Shown here: positions 10,577 through 20,008 of the stretch, in pieces | How the letters are laid out: each line of letters starts with the position of its first letter | How positions within the stretch are numbered: the first letter of the stretch is position 1 | NCBI GenBank assembly: GCA_029978905.1 | Contig: JAPOIM010000002.1 | Location: 65,507 to 129,506, forward strand | DNA length: 64,000 nt | Reading direction: 5' to 3' | Source of the DNA: Planctomycetota bacterium | GTDB lineage: Bacteria; Planctomycetota; Planctomycetia; Pirellulales; UBA1268 | Notes under the pieces: generated by a model | Seen by the model: the letters and a program-made list of their open reading frames with translations, nothing else | The model's database searches: none | Told to the model about the DNA's origin: nothing | Position numbers and translations under genes: made by a program

Positions 10577-13500
10577 CTAAAACCGCGAGAAGAACAGGTT
10601 GCGTGTTTCTTTGGTGACGTCGATCGTCTGGAAGCCCCAACGCACGGTCTGCATGAGGGTGTCTGTGATGTCAGCCACCCACAGTGCTCCTCGAGCAGAC
10701 TCCGGCGTGGTTGCACGCCTGCCGATCAACTCGTCGACCCCGTCGCCATCGGCGTCCCCGACCGTGATGCCTGTCCACACCACATTGGGATTCCAGTAAC
10801 CAACCAAGCGGTTGGTGCGGAGATTTGTCGTGCCGTCGGAGATGAGGCCCCACCACTGGCCGTTCGCGGCGCGAGCGATGATGTCGGTTTGCCCGTCGCC
10901 ATTGAAGTCACCGACGGACGTGTCGCCCCACGTCGTTTCTCCCCAAATACCGAGGGTGGTTGTCGTAAAGCCGATCGTGTCGGTGTTGGCGGTCGCCACA
11001 TACCAGACGTTGCCCGTCGTCCTGCCGGCGATGTCCGTCAGGCCATCGGCGTTGAAATCCCCCGTGACAATATCGTCACTGAAGTTGAGCGTCGGCGACC
11101 ACACCCCGAGAACCTTCGACGTCCAACCGCCGCCGTTCTGACCAAGCAGCCCCAGCCAATGGCCCGTCGTCGCAAGCCCGGCGATATCCATGTTGCCATC
11201 GCCATCGAAGTCGCCTGTTTGGATGGAGCGAATCTGAAACTGGGGGAGCCATCCGCCCACGCGCTGGTTGGTGAAGCCGACGTCGCCCCCTGTCTTAGCA
11301 AAGCCAACCCACCACACGCCGGCGCTCGTAAACCCAGCGATATCCGTGAAACCGTCACCGTTAAAGTCGGCTGCAACAACCTGCTGGATATCGAGCCCCG
11401 GACGCCAGTAGGTCATCAACACCGGCGCCCTGCCCCCTTGGCCGTCGCCTCCCGTGCCATCGCCGTTGTTGAGGGACGCCCACCACTGACCAAGGTTGGT
11501 GCGGCCGGCGATATCCATCAGCCCGTCGCCGTTAAAGTCACCTTCCACAACGTTGGTCCAATCGAACGATTGATTGATCGCCCACGTCGCAAATGTGGTT
11601 TGCGTGAAGGAGGAACCGTCGCTGGTGTTGAGCAACCAGTACCCCGCCGAGGTGAACGTCATGTACGACTCATACACCGGCGGGTCAGCAATCGCTGTCA
11701 CCGTCACGTCAAAGCTCACTGTCACACTGCCGTTATCGCCGGTGGTGCTGAGATCACCGTCGAGCCCACCGTCTTCCACGGTCACATCGATGGTGACGGT
11801 GCCCGTCTGCCCGGTGATCGGCGTGAAGGCCAGGCTCCCCGTGCCCTGCGGCGACGTGTAGGTCACCACCGGATTGGCGAGGGTCGCTGGATTGCCGCTC
11901 GTGGCGGTGACACGCAGCGGCTGCAGCTCTCCGAGCCCCGCCGAAATCCCTGTCAGCGTCACGGTTTGTTCACCGTCGTTCTCGGCAACCGTGACGTCCG
12001 CAATCGCTGCGATCGTGGGTAGCTTATTGACAGCAACGACCTCCACGCTGACCGTGTCGGTCGCTTCGGAGACCGCGGGCGCCTCCACAAACACTCTCAC
12101 ATGCCCGGCTTGAACCCCTGCCCCTGCGTGCCCCAGGGCGCCGACCGCGACCACGCCACCATTGTACGACACGGCAACTGCCGACCCAGCACTGTCGGTC
12201 GCAGCCTCGCCATCGATGTCGCTGTTAGCACGAACCCAGGCTGACTGGCCCACGTCCCAGCGGTAAACCCTGGCATGCCCTGCGTTGTTTCCATTGCCGT
12301 CGTTCCCGGTGGCCCCGATCACCACGGTGCTCGCATCCCCCGACAAGGCAACAGCCGAACCCGCGCTATCAAAGGCGGCCTCACCATCGAGATCGAGGCC
12401 CTGCTGAACCCATGCAGATGATCCGGTGTCCCAGCGGTAGACCCGCGTGTGTCCAGCGCCATAGCCGTTCCCCTGATTGCCGATCGCACCAGCAGCGAAC
12501 ACCAAGCCGTCGGCCGACAGCGAGAGCGCACTGCCGAAGTTGTCCCCACTGGCTTCACCGTTTATCTCAGCGCCGACCAACTCCCAACTGGTCGTCCCAG
12601 CATTCCAGCGGTAGACGCGCACCACCCCTGTGCCGCCGGTTTCACGCGGCGAACCGACTGCGAGTACCGAACCATTTTCGGAGAGCGACACCGCGGTACC
12701 GGCGCCAACACCTTCGGTGGTCCCCTGGATGGTGGCCCCTTGCTGCTCCCAAGACGAGGAGCCTGAGTTCCAGCGAAACACCTTCGCGTGGCCCGCGTCC
12801 ACCCCCGCAGCGTCATTACCAAACGCACCGATCGCAAGCGTCGTGCCATCTGCAGAAAGCGAAATCGCCGAACCGAATCGATCACCGAGCGCCTCGCCAA
12901 CAAGTGCTCCACCGAGCGGCGTCCAACCGGTGTTGTCGACCCACTGAAACACACGAACCTGCCCAGAATCGCGGCGGCCGCCACCGTCATGGAGCGGCGC
13001 CGCGATCGCCACAATCTTGCCGTTGCCGGCGAGAGAGACCGTGGTGCCAGCGGCATCCGACGCAGCCTCGCCGACGATCGGACTGCCCACCACATCCCAC
13101 CGGTCCCCGGCGCTGCTGCTCGTAAGGCGATAGATGGTTACAGCGCCCGCATTGGTCGCCGCTTGATCGCTCCCGGAAGCCCCCACCGCCACCGTGAGCC
13201 CGTCGCTCGACATGGCGACGGCCTTTCCGGCGTTGTCAAACGCGGCCTCACCGTCGAGGTCCCCTCCCAACTGCTCCCAAAGCGTGACTTGATCCCAGGC
13301 TCGGAAGGTCAGCACATCCGCAATTGATCCGCTCCAGCCAGCGGCCGGTTGGTAGTACACGCGCGTCGTGGCATCTGCCGCAAGAAATAAAGGATCGGCT
13401 TCCGCCACATTCGGGAAAGGAGCCCAGTTTGTTGTCCCGTTATCTCGTGAATACCACAGAGAGCCCCCTTCAAGATTCACGGCAACCACGGCAATGCCGA

Positions 13501-14110
13501 GCGGGTCGCCATCCGCATCTTCAAAGTTGTCGAGTTGGCCGCCGGCCTCAATCAGCGAAGACACCAACACCCCGACGGCGCCCACCGGGGCACCGGTGTC
13601 TTGGTCGACGGAACCGAGCGTGGGGGAAGCCGAGGGATCGAGCACCGGCCGATCATCGACCGCCAGGACAGTCACATCGAAGGCACGAGAAAACGTGGCA
13701 TTGTCTCCAGCCGTCGCCAGATCTCCGTCGGCCCCACCGTCCTCGACCGTCACGGTCACGGTGGCAACGCCAGAGGCATCCGCCACCGGTGTGAAGGTCA
13801 TCACACCGAACGACTTGGGGGACGTGTACGCGATCGTGGGATCAGGCAAGACGGCGACGTTGTTGCTGACCGCGGTCACCCGCAAAGGCTGCGTTTCACC
13901 GAGCCCGGCTGAGATGCCCTGCAGATAGAGTGTCTGCTCGGTCGAATCCTCATCAATTACCACATTGGCGATCGCGTCGAGCGTGGGTGGCAGATCACCC
14001 GCGAGCATTGCCCGCGACTCCAGATGCTCAAGCACCGAGCGCAATGACGGCTGCTGCCGAGTCGCTCCCACCTTGGTTCGAGACGTGCGTGATCGCGATG
14101 CCTTCCGCAT
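10577..14110 (-). CDS. Large planctomycete surface protein/adhesin with Ig-like repeats, FG-GAP beta-propeller and C-terminal FG-GAP/VCBS-like repeats
   Basis: N-terminal LEHLESRAMLA planctomycete export motif; two similar Ig/cadherin-like repeats (ISAGLGExQPLRVTA...VEDGGxDGDL); about seven GxAVxLSxDG...VxVGA blades; five or more GDFNxDGxxDIxG Ca-binding repeats. Start moved from the ORF-track 14248 to ATG 14110. Confidence 0.85.
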   Translation of the reverse strand: MRKASRSRTSRTKVGATRQQPSLRSVLEHLESRAMLAGDLPPTLDAIANVVIDEDSTEQTLYLQGISAGLGETQPLRVTAVSNNVAVLPDPTIAYTSPKSFGVMTFTPVADASGVATVTVTVEDGGADGDLATAGDNATFSRAFDVTVLAVDDRPVLDPSASPTLGSVDQDTGAPVGAVGVLVSSLIEAGGQLDNFEDADGDPLGIAVVAVNLEGGSLWYSRDNGTTNWAPFPNVAEADPLFLAADATTRVYYQPAAGWSGSIADVLTFRAWDQVTLWEQLGGDLDGEAAFDNAGKAVAMSSDGLTVAVGASGSDQAATNAGAVTIYRLTSSSAGDRWDVVGSPIVGEAASDAAGTTVSLAGNGKIVAIAAPLHDGGGRRDSGQVRVFQWVDNTGWTPLGGALVGEALGDRFGSAISLSADGTTLAIGAFGNDAAGVDAGHAKVFRWNSGSSSWEQQGATIQGTTEGVGAGTAVSLSENGSVLAVGSPRETGGTGVVRVYRWNAGTTSWELVGAEINGEASGDNFGSALSLSADGLVFAAGAIGNQGNGYGAGHTRVYRWDTGSSAWVQQGLDLDGEAAFDSAGSAVALSGDASTVVIGATGNDGNGNNAGHARVYRWDVGQSAWVRANSDIDGEAATDSAGSAVAVSYNGGVVAVGALGHAGAGVQAGHVRVFVEAPAVSEATDTVSVEVVAVNKLPTIAAIADVTVAENDGEQTVTLTGISAGLGELQPLRVTATSGNPATLANPVVTYTSPQGTGSLAFTPITGQTGTVTIDVTVEDGGLDGDLSTTGDNGSVTVSFDVTVTAIADPPVYESYMTFTSAGYWLLNTSDGSSFTQTTFATWAINQSFDWTNVVEGDFNGDGLMDIAGRTNLGQWWASLNNGDGTGGDGQGGRAPVLMTYWRPGLDIQQVVAADFNGDGFTDIAGFTSAGVWWVGFAKTGGDVGFTNQRVGGWLPQFQIRSIQTGDFDGDGNMDIAGLATTGHWLGLLGQNGGGWTSKVLGVWSPTLNFSDDIVTGDFNADGLTDIAGRTTGNVWYVATANTDTIGFTTTTLGIWGETTWGDTSVGDFNGDGQTDIIARAANGQWWGLISDGTTNLRTNRLVGYWNPNVVWTGITVGDADGDGVDELIGRRATTPESARGALWVADITDTLMQTVRWGFQTIDVTKETRNLFFSRF

Positions 14111-14230
14111 GACTGCCTCTCGTGTGTCGTGACAACTGCACATGGTCGCTCCGAACACCTCTTTCTTGAGACGAAGGAGCGAAGCCCCCGCCAAGGAGGG
14201 AGCGAAGTCGTGAGCGTACCGGGCCAAGTA

Positions 14231-14252
14231 AAAACCGGTCAACATCAACCGG
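14231..14252 (-). terminator. Possible weak intrinsic terminator after the DUF1080-PhoD gene
   Basis: Minus strand reads CCGGTT-GATGTT-GACCGG followed by a T-run. The stem is short. Confidence 0.35.
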
Positions 14253-14269
14253 CTGTCATTGTTGACAGC
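14252..14269. promoter_or_regulatory. Perfect 7-bp inverted repeat (operator-like or hairpin)
   Basis: GCTGTCA-TTGT-TGACAGC, about 140 bp upstream of the adhesin start. Confidence 0.3.
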
Positions 14270-14305
14270 GCATTTGCCGACACGGTTGTCAGACGCTCAG
14301 CCCGA

Positions 14306-16492
14306 TCACGGAGTTACGGGCTGGAAGTCAAAATTGTTCAGCGGCTGCCCATCGACCGTGTGGTGGCGGAGCGTGAGCGTGGGGCGCGGTGGCTTACCTG
14401 AATACCCCACCTCCCCAGACAAAAACCCACCGGCCACCCGCAGGAAGCGGTGCGCCGCCCGCTCATCCCCTTCTTTCCAGCCAAGCTCATGTGCCTCGCT
14501 GCCCGGACCACAGCCAAACTCCCAGAGCCCGGTTTCGTCATCGACCGACGCATACTGCCAGTGCCGATCACCGCAGCAGACAATCACGCCGGGCGTCGCG
14601 GCAAACAGGTCGCGCAGCTGCTGCCCTTCGTGGGCGAAGATGTCGTTGGCATGGTTGTCTCGCTTGTTGTCACGATCTGGCCCCACGACCGGGGTCGGAC
14701 TGAACACGAGTTTGAAGGGGGCGTCGGACTCGGCGAGCGTCCGCTCGAGCCACGCTTTCTGCTCAGCGCCCAAGATCGTCTTCTCTGGCCCATCCGGCAT
14801 TGTGTGCGGGCTGCGATAATCGCGCCCTTCCAGCAGCCAGATCTGCAAGTCACGGCTCCATCGCACCGTGGCATACCGAGGAGAGCGTGTCGGAAACTGT
14901 TCGTCGTTGAACAGCCGCACTCCCTCTTCAAATGTCACTGCCCCATACCTCTGCCCTGGCCAGCAGTCGTTGGCCAGCGTGTCGTGGTCGTCCTTGATGA
15001 AGTAACTCGACGTGCTGCCGTAGAAGCGGCGATTCACAGGCAGGGCGAAGATTCTGCCCCACTTGAACCGCATCAGCTCTTTTGTCAGGGCCCAGGGATC
15101 GGGCTTGTCGTAATACTCGATGTCCCCAGCATGCACGACAAACGCCGGGGCCATTTTTTGCATGGCTGTGTAGATCTTGTGTCCACGGTCGCCATCGTCG
15201 CGGCGAATGAAATCGTGGCATGTCGTCACACAAAACGTGATCGGCTGTGCGGCGTCTGTTGGGAACGCGGTCTGAAAACTGCCGAGCGCGACCGCCGTCG
15301 GTTCGCCTTCTGGCGACTGCGCCTCAATCACCGTGAGATACCGCTTGCCGGCGGTAAGACCTTCGAGTTTCCACTGCGCCGTAAAGTCGTGGTCCGCGTG
15401 CGTGATGCTCCAGGGCGTGTGCTGCATCAACCGCCGTTGATGCTCCGGGTAATACGAAAGCCGCACCCGGCCTGACTCGCCAGGGCATGCCCCGAGCATG
15501 TCGTCGAGCGAAGCACCTTCCGGGAGTTGCGTGCCGAGTAGTACGGCGGGGTCTTTTTCGCTCGCCAGCTGCCTCGCTTCTTTGCTCGAAAGGCTGACGA
15601 ACGGAGTGCCGTCGAAACGCATCTCTGGGTTTTGTGTGGTCCGCGTCCAGATCACGATGCTGCTCTGATCGGCCCAGCTGTTGCGGCTCCCGTTGGCCAG
15701 GAAGGGCCCCTGGGGGGGCTCGTTCGAAGGCGGGGGGGCGGCGTGTGCCACAAAGTGGAAATCCTTGTAGGTGACTTTCCCACCGTGGTCGGTGAGCATC
15801 ACCCGATCCCCTTCGCGCGGCCGGCCGAAATCGTCGGTGCCAAAAAACTTGCTCAGGGCAACCGTTGTGTCCCAGGCTGCCCCTGCGGTGCTCGCCGACG
15901 TCACCACCTTTCCATTGAGCGAGTGCTCGATGCGGTCGCCGATCGCGATTACGGTCGACTCGTTCCATTCACCTGGCGGATGCAGCAACTTGTCTTTGCA
16001 CGGTTCAACGAGGTCATAGATCGCGCCTGTGGACCCCAGCGACGTGTCGTCCGGCGCGCTGTCGATGATCTGGTACTCAAGGCCAAGCGTGCGTGCGTGC
16101 GCCCCATCGCCAAACGTCCGCACCCGATACTTCAGCCCACTGTTGACTCCCTTCTCAATCTTCCACTTCCAACTCAGCTCAAAGTTGGGAGGCAAAGGAC
16201 GGCTGACAATGTTACCCCCTTGCCGCGGCACAACGAGCGACACCTCACCATTGGCAAACTGCCAACCATCGGAGACGGGCTTTCCATCGGGTGTGCTCCA
16301 AAACCCACGCTCACTCCACTCCGCATCGGCAGGCCCTGCGTGCGCGTCAGCCGCCGCATCCGCCCCGCGACTCCCGGCCGTGCACACGCCCCACGCAACC
16401 ACCATCAGGGCACACGCCACGCACCCAGTTCTTAAAAATGGCAACACGACAGTTCTCCCTGATCGCAACGTCCCCGACCCTCCCGACCGCAT
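14306..16492 (-). CDS. DUF1080 (3-keto-glycoside hydrolase-like) fused to PhoD-like metallophosphatase
   Basis: N-half: NFELSWKWK, VNSGLKYRV, LEYQIID, TGAIYD, GEWNES, DHGGKVTYK. C-half: HAGDIEYYD, DDHD, GDRHWQY. Start codon uncertain (16492-16537). Confidence 0.82.
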   Translation of the reverse strand: MRSGGSGTLRSGRTVVLPFLRTGCVACALMVVAWGVCTAGSRGADAAADAHAGPADAEWSERGFWSTPDGKPVSDGWQFANGEVSLVVPRQGGNIVSRPLPPNFELSWKWKIEKGVNSGLKYRVRTFGDGAHARTLGLEYQIIDSAPDDTSLGSTGAIYDLVEPCKDKLLHPPGEWNESTVIAIGDRIEHSLNGKVVTSASTAGAAWDTTVALSKFFGTDDFGRPREGDRVMLTDHGGKVTYKDFHFVAHAAPPPSNEPPQGPFLANGSRNSWADQSSIVIWTRTTQNPEMRFDGTPFVSLSSKEARQLASEKDPAVLLGTQLPEGASLDDMLGACPGESGRVRLSYYPEHQRRLMQHTPWSITHADHDFTAQWKLEGLTAGKRYLTVIEAQSPEGEPTAVALGSFQTAFPTDAAQPITFCVTTCHDFIRRDDGDRGHKIYTAMQKMAPAFVVHAGDIEYYDKPDPWALTKELMRFKWGRIFALPVNRRFYGSTSSYFIKDDHDTLANDCWPGQRYGAVTFEEGVRLFNDEQFPTRSPRYATVRWSRDLQIWLLEGRDYRSPHTMPDGPEKTILGAEQKAWLERTLAESDAPFKLVFSPTPVVGPDRDNKRDNHANDIFAHEGQQLRDLFAATPGVIVCCGDRHWQYASVDDETGLWEFGCGPGSEAHELGWKEGDERAAHRFLRVAGGFLSGEVGYSGKPPRPTLTLRHHTVDGQPLNNFDFQPVTP

Positions 16493-16550
16493 CACAGTAC
16501 CATGTTGGGGTGATCCTGAAGATCGTCCCTTTCCCACCTATTGGCCAGCC

Positions 16551-17693
16551 ATGTCTCTCGACACACTCACCTTCCCTGGCGGTGTCTTTAGCGATCAACT
16601 GCCTGGGGGGCGGCGTGGGGCGGACCTTTGGCTGGCGGCCGACCGTGTGGTGGCTCGCGTTTCGTCTGATGCCAGCGACGAAGAAGTCCACGAACTGTCG
16701 ATCCGCTACAGCGACTGCCGCGTGGACCTCGGAGGCTACAACGGCCGCATCGTATTCCTGCGGACCGCGGACCGCAGCCTCACGCTGTTCTCGGAAGCGC
16801 GGGGCTTCGCGAGGGAACTCGCGGTGGCGGCCGGCGGCCTCCTCGACGAACCGCTTCGGGCGGCGACTGCCAAACAACGACGCGCACGCTGGCGAGGCCG
16901 GTCGGCGGGGCTGTTGTTGACCCTGCTCATCGCCGGTTTTTGCCTGGCCTGCTTCTACGGGATCCGACGCGTCGCCGACACCTCGATTCACGCCGTGCCG
17001 CTGGAGGTGGACCGCCAGATCGGTGGGCAGGCCTACCAACTCATGGATCGTGGAGGGCCGGAAGTACACGATCCTCTGCTCACCGACGCGGTGCAGCAGA
17101 TCGTCGACCGACTCGCCCCCCAGGTCGCCACCGATGGCCTCCGCTTCGACGTGCACATCATCGACGCCGACATCTGCAACGCCTTCTGCCTCCCTGGCGG
17201 AACCATCGTGCTCTACACCGGGCTCCTCAAGCGTGCCGGTTCGGCAGAGGAAGTGGCGGGCGTCTTGGCACACGAGATGGCTCACGCCTCCGAACGACAC
17301 GGGCTGCGTCAGGTCGCACAGTCGCTGGGGTTGGCCGCGGCTGTCAACCTGCTGATTGGCAACTTCGAAGGCATCGTCGTGGCGGGGGCAGAAGTCTTCA
17401 AACTCGCCACAATCAATAGTTACAGCCGTGAGCAAGAAACGGGAGCGGATCGCGAAGGTGTGCGGATGCTGCATGCGGCGGCAATCGACCCAATGTCGCT
17501 CGCCCGCTTTTTCGAAACGCTGCAACGAGAAGCCGGTGGCCTTCCGGGTGGCCTGACGTGGCTCAGCACCCACCCCGACCACGCCGCCCGCATCGCCGCC
17601 ATCCGGGATCAGGTAGGCAAGCTCCCGCCGCGCGAGTATCTTGCTCTCGGGATCGACTGGGGTCAGGTGAGGGAGTGGTCGCGTTCCCCCTGA
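16551..17693 (+). CDS. M48 family membrane-anchored Zn metallopeptidase
   Basis: NAFCLPGG, HEMAH (HExxH), YSREQETGAD, WLSTHP; one TM helix after a PH-like N-terminal region. The upstream part of the track ORF (from 16029) overlaps the opposite gene. Confidence 0.9.
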   Translation: MSLDTLTFPGGVFSDQLPGGRRGADLWLAADRVVARVSSDASDEEVHELSIRYSDCRVDLGGYNGRIVFLRTADRSLTLFSEARGFARELAVAAGGLLDEPLRAATAKQRRARWRGRSAGLLLTLLIAGFCLACFYGIRRVADTSIHAVPLEVDRQIGGQAYQLMDRGGPEVHDPLLTDAVQQIVDRLAPQVATDGLRFDVHIIDADICNAFCLPGGTIVLYTGLLKRAGSAEEVAGVLAHEMAHASERHGLRQVAQSLGLAAAVNLLIGNFEGIVVAGAEVFKLATINSYSREQETGADREGVRMLHAAAIDPMSLARFFETLQREAGGLPGGLTWLSTHPDHAARIAAIRDQVGKLPPREYLALGIDWGQVREWSRSP

Positions 17694-17762
17694 GGGCTCC
17701 AAACAGGGTTCCAGCCCTGCTCCCGCCAGCGCGTCTTCCTTGTTTCTGACAAGACCTGCCTT

Positions 17763-18419
17763 ATGCAGCACGTCATCCGTAATCGTCCTTCGTTTGCCAA
17801 CATCCACCTGCATCTGCAGAAGGGTGATCGCGTGATCGCGGAAGCCGACGCGATGGCCAGCATGAGTGCGACGGTGGGGATGCGGACCCGATTCAGCGGC
17901 GGGCTCATGCGAGGACTTCTCCGCCGCGGCTTCGGCGGCGAGTCGATGTTTGTCAACGAGTTTTTCACGGAATCGGAAGGGGAACTTGTGCTCACCCAAC
18001 CGTTTCCTGGCGACATCGAATGCCTCGACCTGGAAGGCACCACGCTCTTTCTCCAGCCCGGGGCCTTCATTGCCTGTGAGCCGCGCGTCCGTCTCGGCCT
18101 TGGCTGGGCGGGGCTGCGGATGGCGATTGCTCGCGAGGGCCTGTTTCGCTTGCGGGTGAGCGGCAAGGGGAAAGTCTGGTTTGGCGCTTACGGTGGTATT
18201 TTTTCGCGCGAAGTGACCGACGAGTATGTGGTCGACACTGGTCACCTCGTGGCCTACGAACCAACCGTCGACATCCGCATCGGCATGGCCGGCGGCATCT
18301 TCTCAAGCTTTTTCAGCCAGGAAGGGCTGGTGACACGCGTCCGAGGCCCAGGCCGTATCTATCTTCAGTCGAGGTCCTTTGGAGGCCTCGCCGCCTGGGC
18401 CAACGCCCACCTCTGGTGA
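17763..18419 (+). CDS. TIGR00266/AIM24 family protein, copy 1
   Basis: AEADAMASM, GGESMFVNEF, AREGLF, YVVDTGHLVAYE, EGLVTRVRGPGRIYLQSR. Confidence 0.9.
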   Translation: MQHVIRNRPSFANIHLHLQKGDRVIAEADAMASMSATVGMRTRFSGGLMRGLLRRGFGGESMFVNEFFTESEGELVLTQPFPGDIECLDLEGTTLFLQPGAFIACEPRVRLGLGWAGLRMAIAREGLFRLRVSGKGKVWFGAYGGIFSREVTDEYVVDTGHLVAYEPTVDIRIGMAGGIFSSFFSQEGLVTRVRGPGRIYLQSRSFGGLAAWANAHLW

Positions 18420-18423
18420 TCCC

Positions 18424-19110
18424 ATGCGTCACGACATCCTCTCCCGTCCGGCTGCGGCCGTGGCCCAACTGACGTTCGACGAAGGTGAGTCGCTCACCTG
18501 CGAAGTGGGCGGCATGATTGCCATGTCGCCAGATTTCGTCGTGGAAACCACGACCCGCAAGAAAAACAGCAGCGGCGGCGGTCTGCTGAAAGGGCTCAAG
18601 CGGATGCTCGCCGGCGAGAGCCTGTTTCTCAACCACTTCACAGCCACCAAGCCTGAGCAAACGCTGATCGTTGGCCCGCGACTCTTGGGAGACGTGGTGC
18701 ACCGTCGCCTCCACGGTGGAACGATGATCGTGCAAGGCAGCAGCTGGCTCGGCTCGAGCACCGACATCGAGATCGACGCCACGTGGCAGGGCTTCGGCAA
18801 AGCCCTCTTCAGTGGCGAGGGGCTGTTCTGGCTGAAATGCAGCGGCTCCGGGGATCTCTTCTTGAGCAGCTTTGGTGCGATCTACGAGGTTGAGGTCGAC
18901 GGCGACTACATTGTCGACACAGGACACATCGTAGCCTTTGAAGACACGCTCACCTTCGCCATCCGCAAGGCGGGAGCGAGTTGGATCGGCAGCTTCCTTG
19001 GCGGTGAGGGGCTTGTGTGCCGCTTTTCCGGGAAAGGTCGCTTGCTGTGCCAATCCCACAACCCACCGAGCTTCGGTGCGCTGCTTGGCCCCAAACTCAA
19101 GCCGCGGTAG
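18424..19110 (+). CDS. TIGR00266/AIM24 family protein, copy 2
   Basis: CEVGGMIAM, AGESLFLNHF, FSGEGLFW, YIVDTGHIVAFE, GGEGLVCRFSGKG. Confidence 0.9.
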   Translation: MRHDILSRPAAAVAQLTFDEGESLTCEVGGMIAMSPDFVVETTTRKKNSSGGGLLKGLKRMLAGESLFLNHFTATKPEQTLIVGPRLLGDVVHRRLHGGTMIVQGSSWLGSSTDIEIDATWQGFGKALFSGEGLFWLKCSGSGDLFLSSFGAIYEVEVDGDYIVDTGHIVAFEDTLTFAIRKAGASWIGSFLGGEGLVCRFSGKGRLLCQSHNPPSFGALLGPKLKPR

Positions 19111-19135
19111 CCCACGCCGCGCGGGAGCGAGAGTC

Positions 19136-19999
19136 ATGATTGAGTTTGCCTGCCAGCACTGCAGCACCACCTTTCGGGTCGCCCCTGAGCACGCGGGCAA
19201 AACCGCCACGTGCAAGAAATGCGGCGCGTCACTACAGATTCCGCACGCGGCAGCGGCGTCTGCTGACACGGCCCCTGAGCAGACGTCAGCCGTAATCCGT
19301 GGAGCGAGCCCCGACTTCACGTATGAGATCAGCCAACGCCCTGACTTTGCCTTAATCACGATCGGCCTCCACGAAGGCAAGCAAGTCTTTGCGGAGCCTG
19401 CGGCGATGGCCTGCATGTCGCCGTCGATCAAGCTCAAAGCAGGCTTTAAGGGAGGGCTTCGCAAGACCCTCGGCCGGGCGTTTGGCGGCGAGAGCATGAT
19501 CGTCAACACGTTCACCGCCGAGCGAGGCCCGGGGGAGGTGGTGTTTGCCCCAGGGGCCGCCGGCGACGCCGCCCACTACCGACTCAGCGGCGGCAGCCTG
19601 CTGATGCAAAGGGGAGCGTTTGTTTGCCACGGTCCCGGCGTGGAGATTTCAGGGAAGTGGCAAGGGGCCAAGAGTTTCTTTGGGGGCGAGGGCCTCGTGC
19701 TCCTCAAGGCGAGCGGCACCGGCGACCTCTTTTTCAACTCGTACGGAGCGATTCTGCCGATCGACGTGAAGGACGAGTACATCGTCGACACGGGCTACAT
19801 CGTGGCCTTCGAAGACACGCTCGATTACAGCGTTTCGGTTCTTCCGGGACTCCGCTCAAGGAGCAAACTCAAAACGTTCTTCTTCGGAGGCGAAGGACTC
19901 GTGTGCCGCTTCCGAGGCCAGGGCAGGCTGTGGGTGCAAACGCGGCACGTGCAGTCCTTCCTCGCGTGGGTCCACCCCTTCCGCCCCACAAGCCGATGA
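19136..19999 (+). CDS. TIGR00266/AIM24 family protein, copy 3, with N-terminal zinc ribbon
   Basis: MIEFACQHC...TCKKCG zinc ribbon, an Ala-rich linker, then AEPAAMACM, GGESMIVNTF, GGEGL, YIVDTGYIVAFE. Confidence 0.9.
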   Translation: MIEFACQHCSTTFRVAPEHAGKTATCKKCGASLQIPHAAAASADTAPEQTSAVIRGASPDFTYEISQRPDFALITIGLHEGKQVFAEPAAMACMSPSIKLKAGFKGGLRKTLGRAFGGESMIVNTFTAERGPGEVVFAPGAAGDAAHYRLSGGSLLMQRGAFVCHGPGVEISGKWQGAKSFFGGEGLVLLKASGTGDLFFNSYGAILPIDVKDEYIVDTGYIVAFEDTLDYSVSVLPGLRSRSKLKTFFFGGEGLVCRFRGQGRLWVQTRHVQSFLAWVHPFRPTSR

Positions 20000-20008
20000 C
20001 GCCCACGC

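Noticed and set aside
14240-14300. GGCAAA plus hairpin upstream of the adhesin as a c-di-GMP-I riboswitch
   Set aside because: No GNRA-capped P2 and no following GACGCAAAGC-like segment.
16029-16550. N-terminal extension of the M48 ORF
   Set aside because: It overlaps the DUF1080-PhoD gene on the other strand and is low-complexity; ATG 16551 gives a normal protein.
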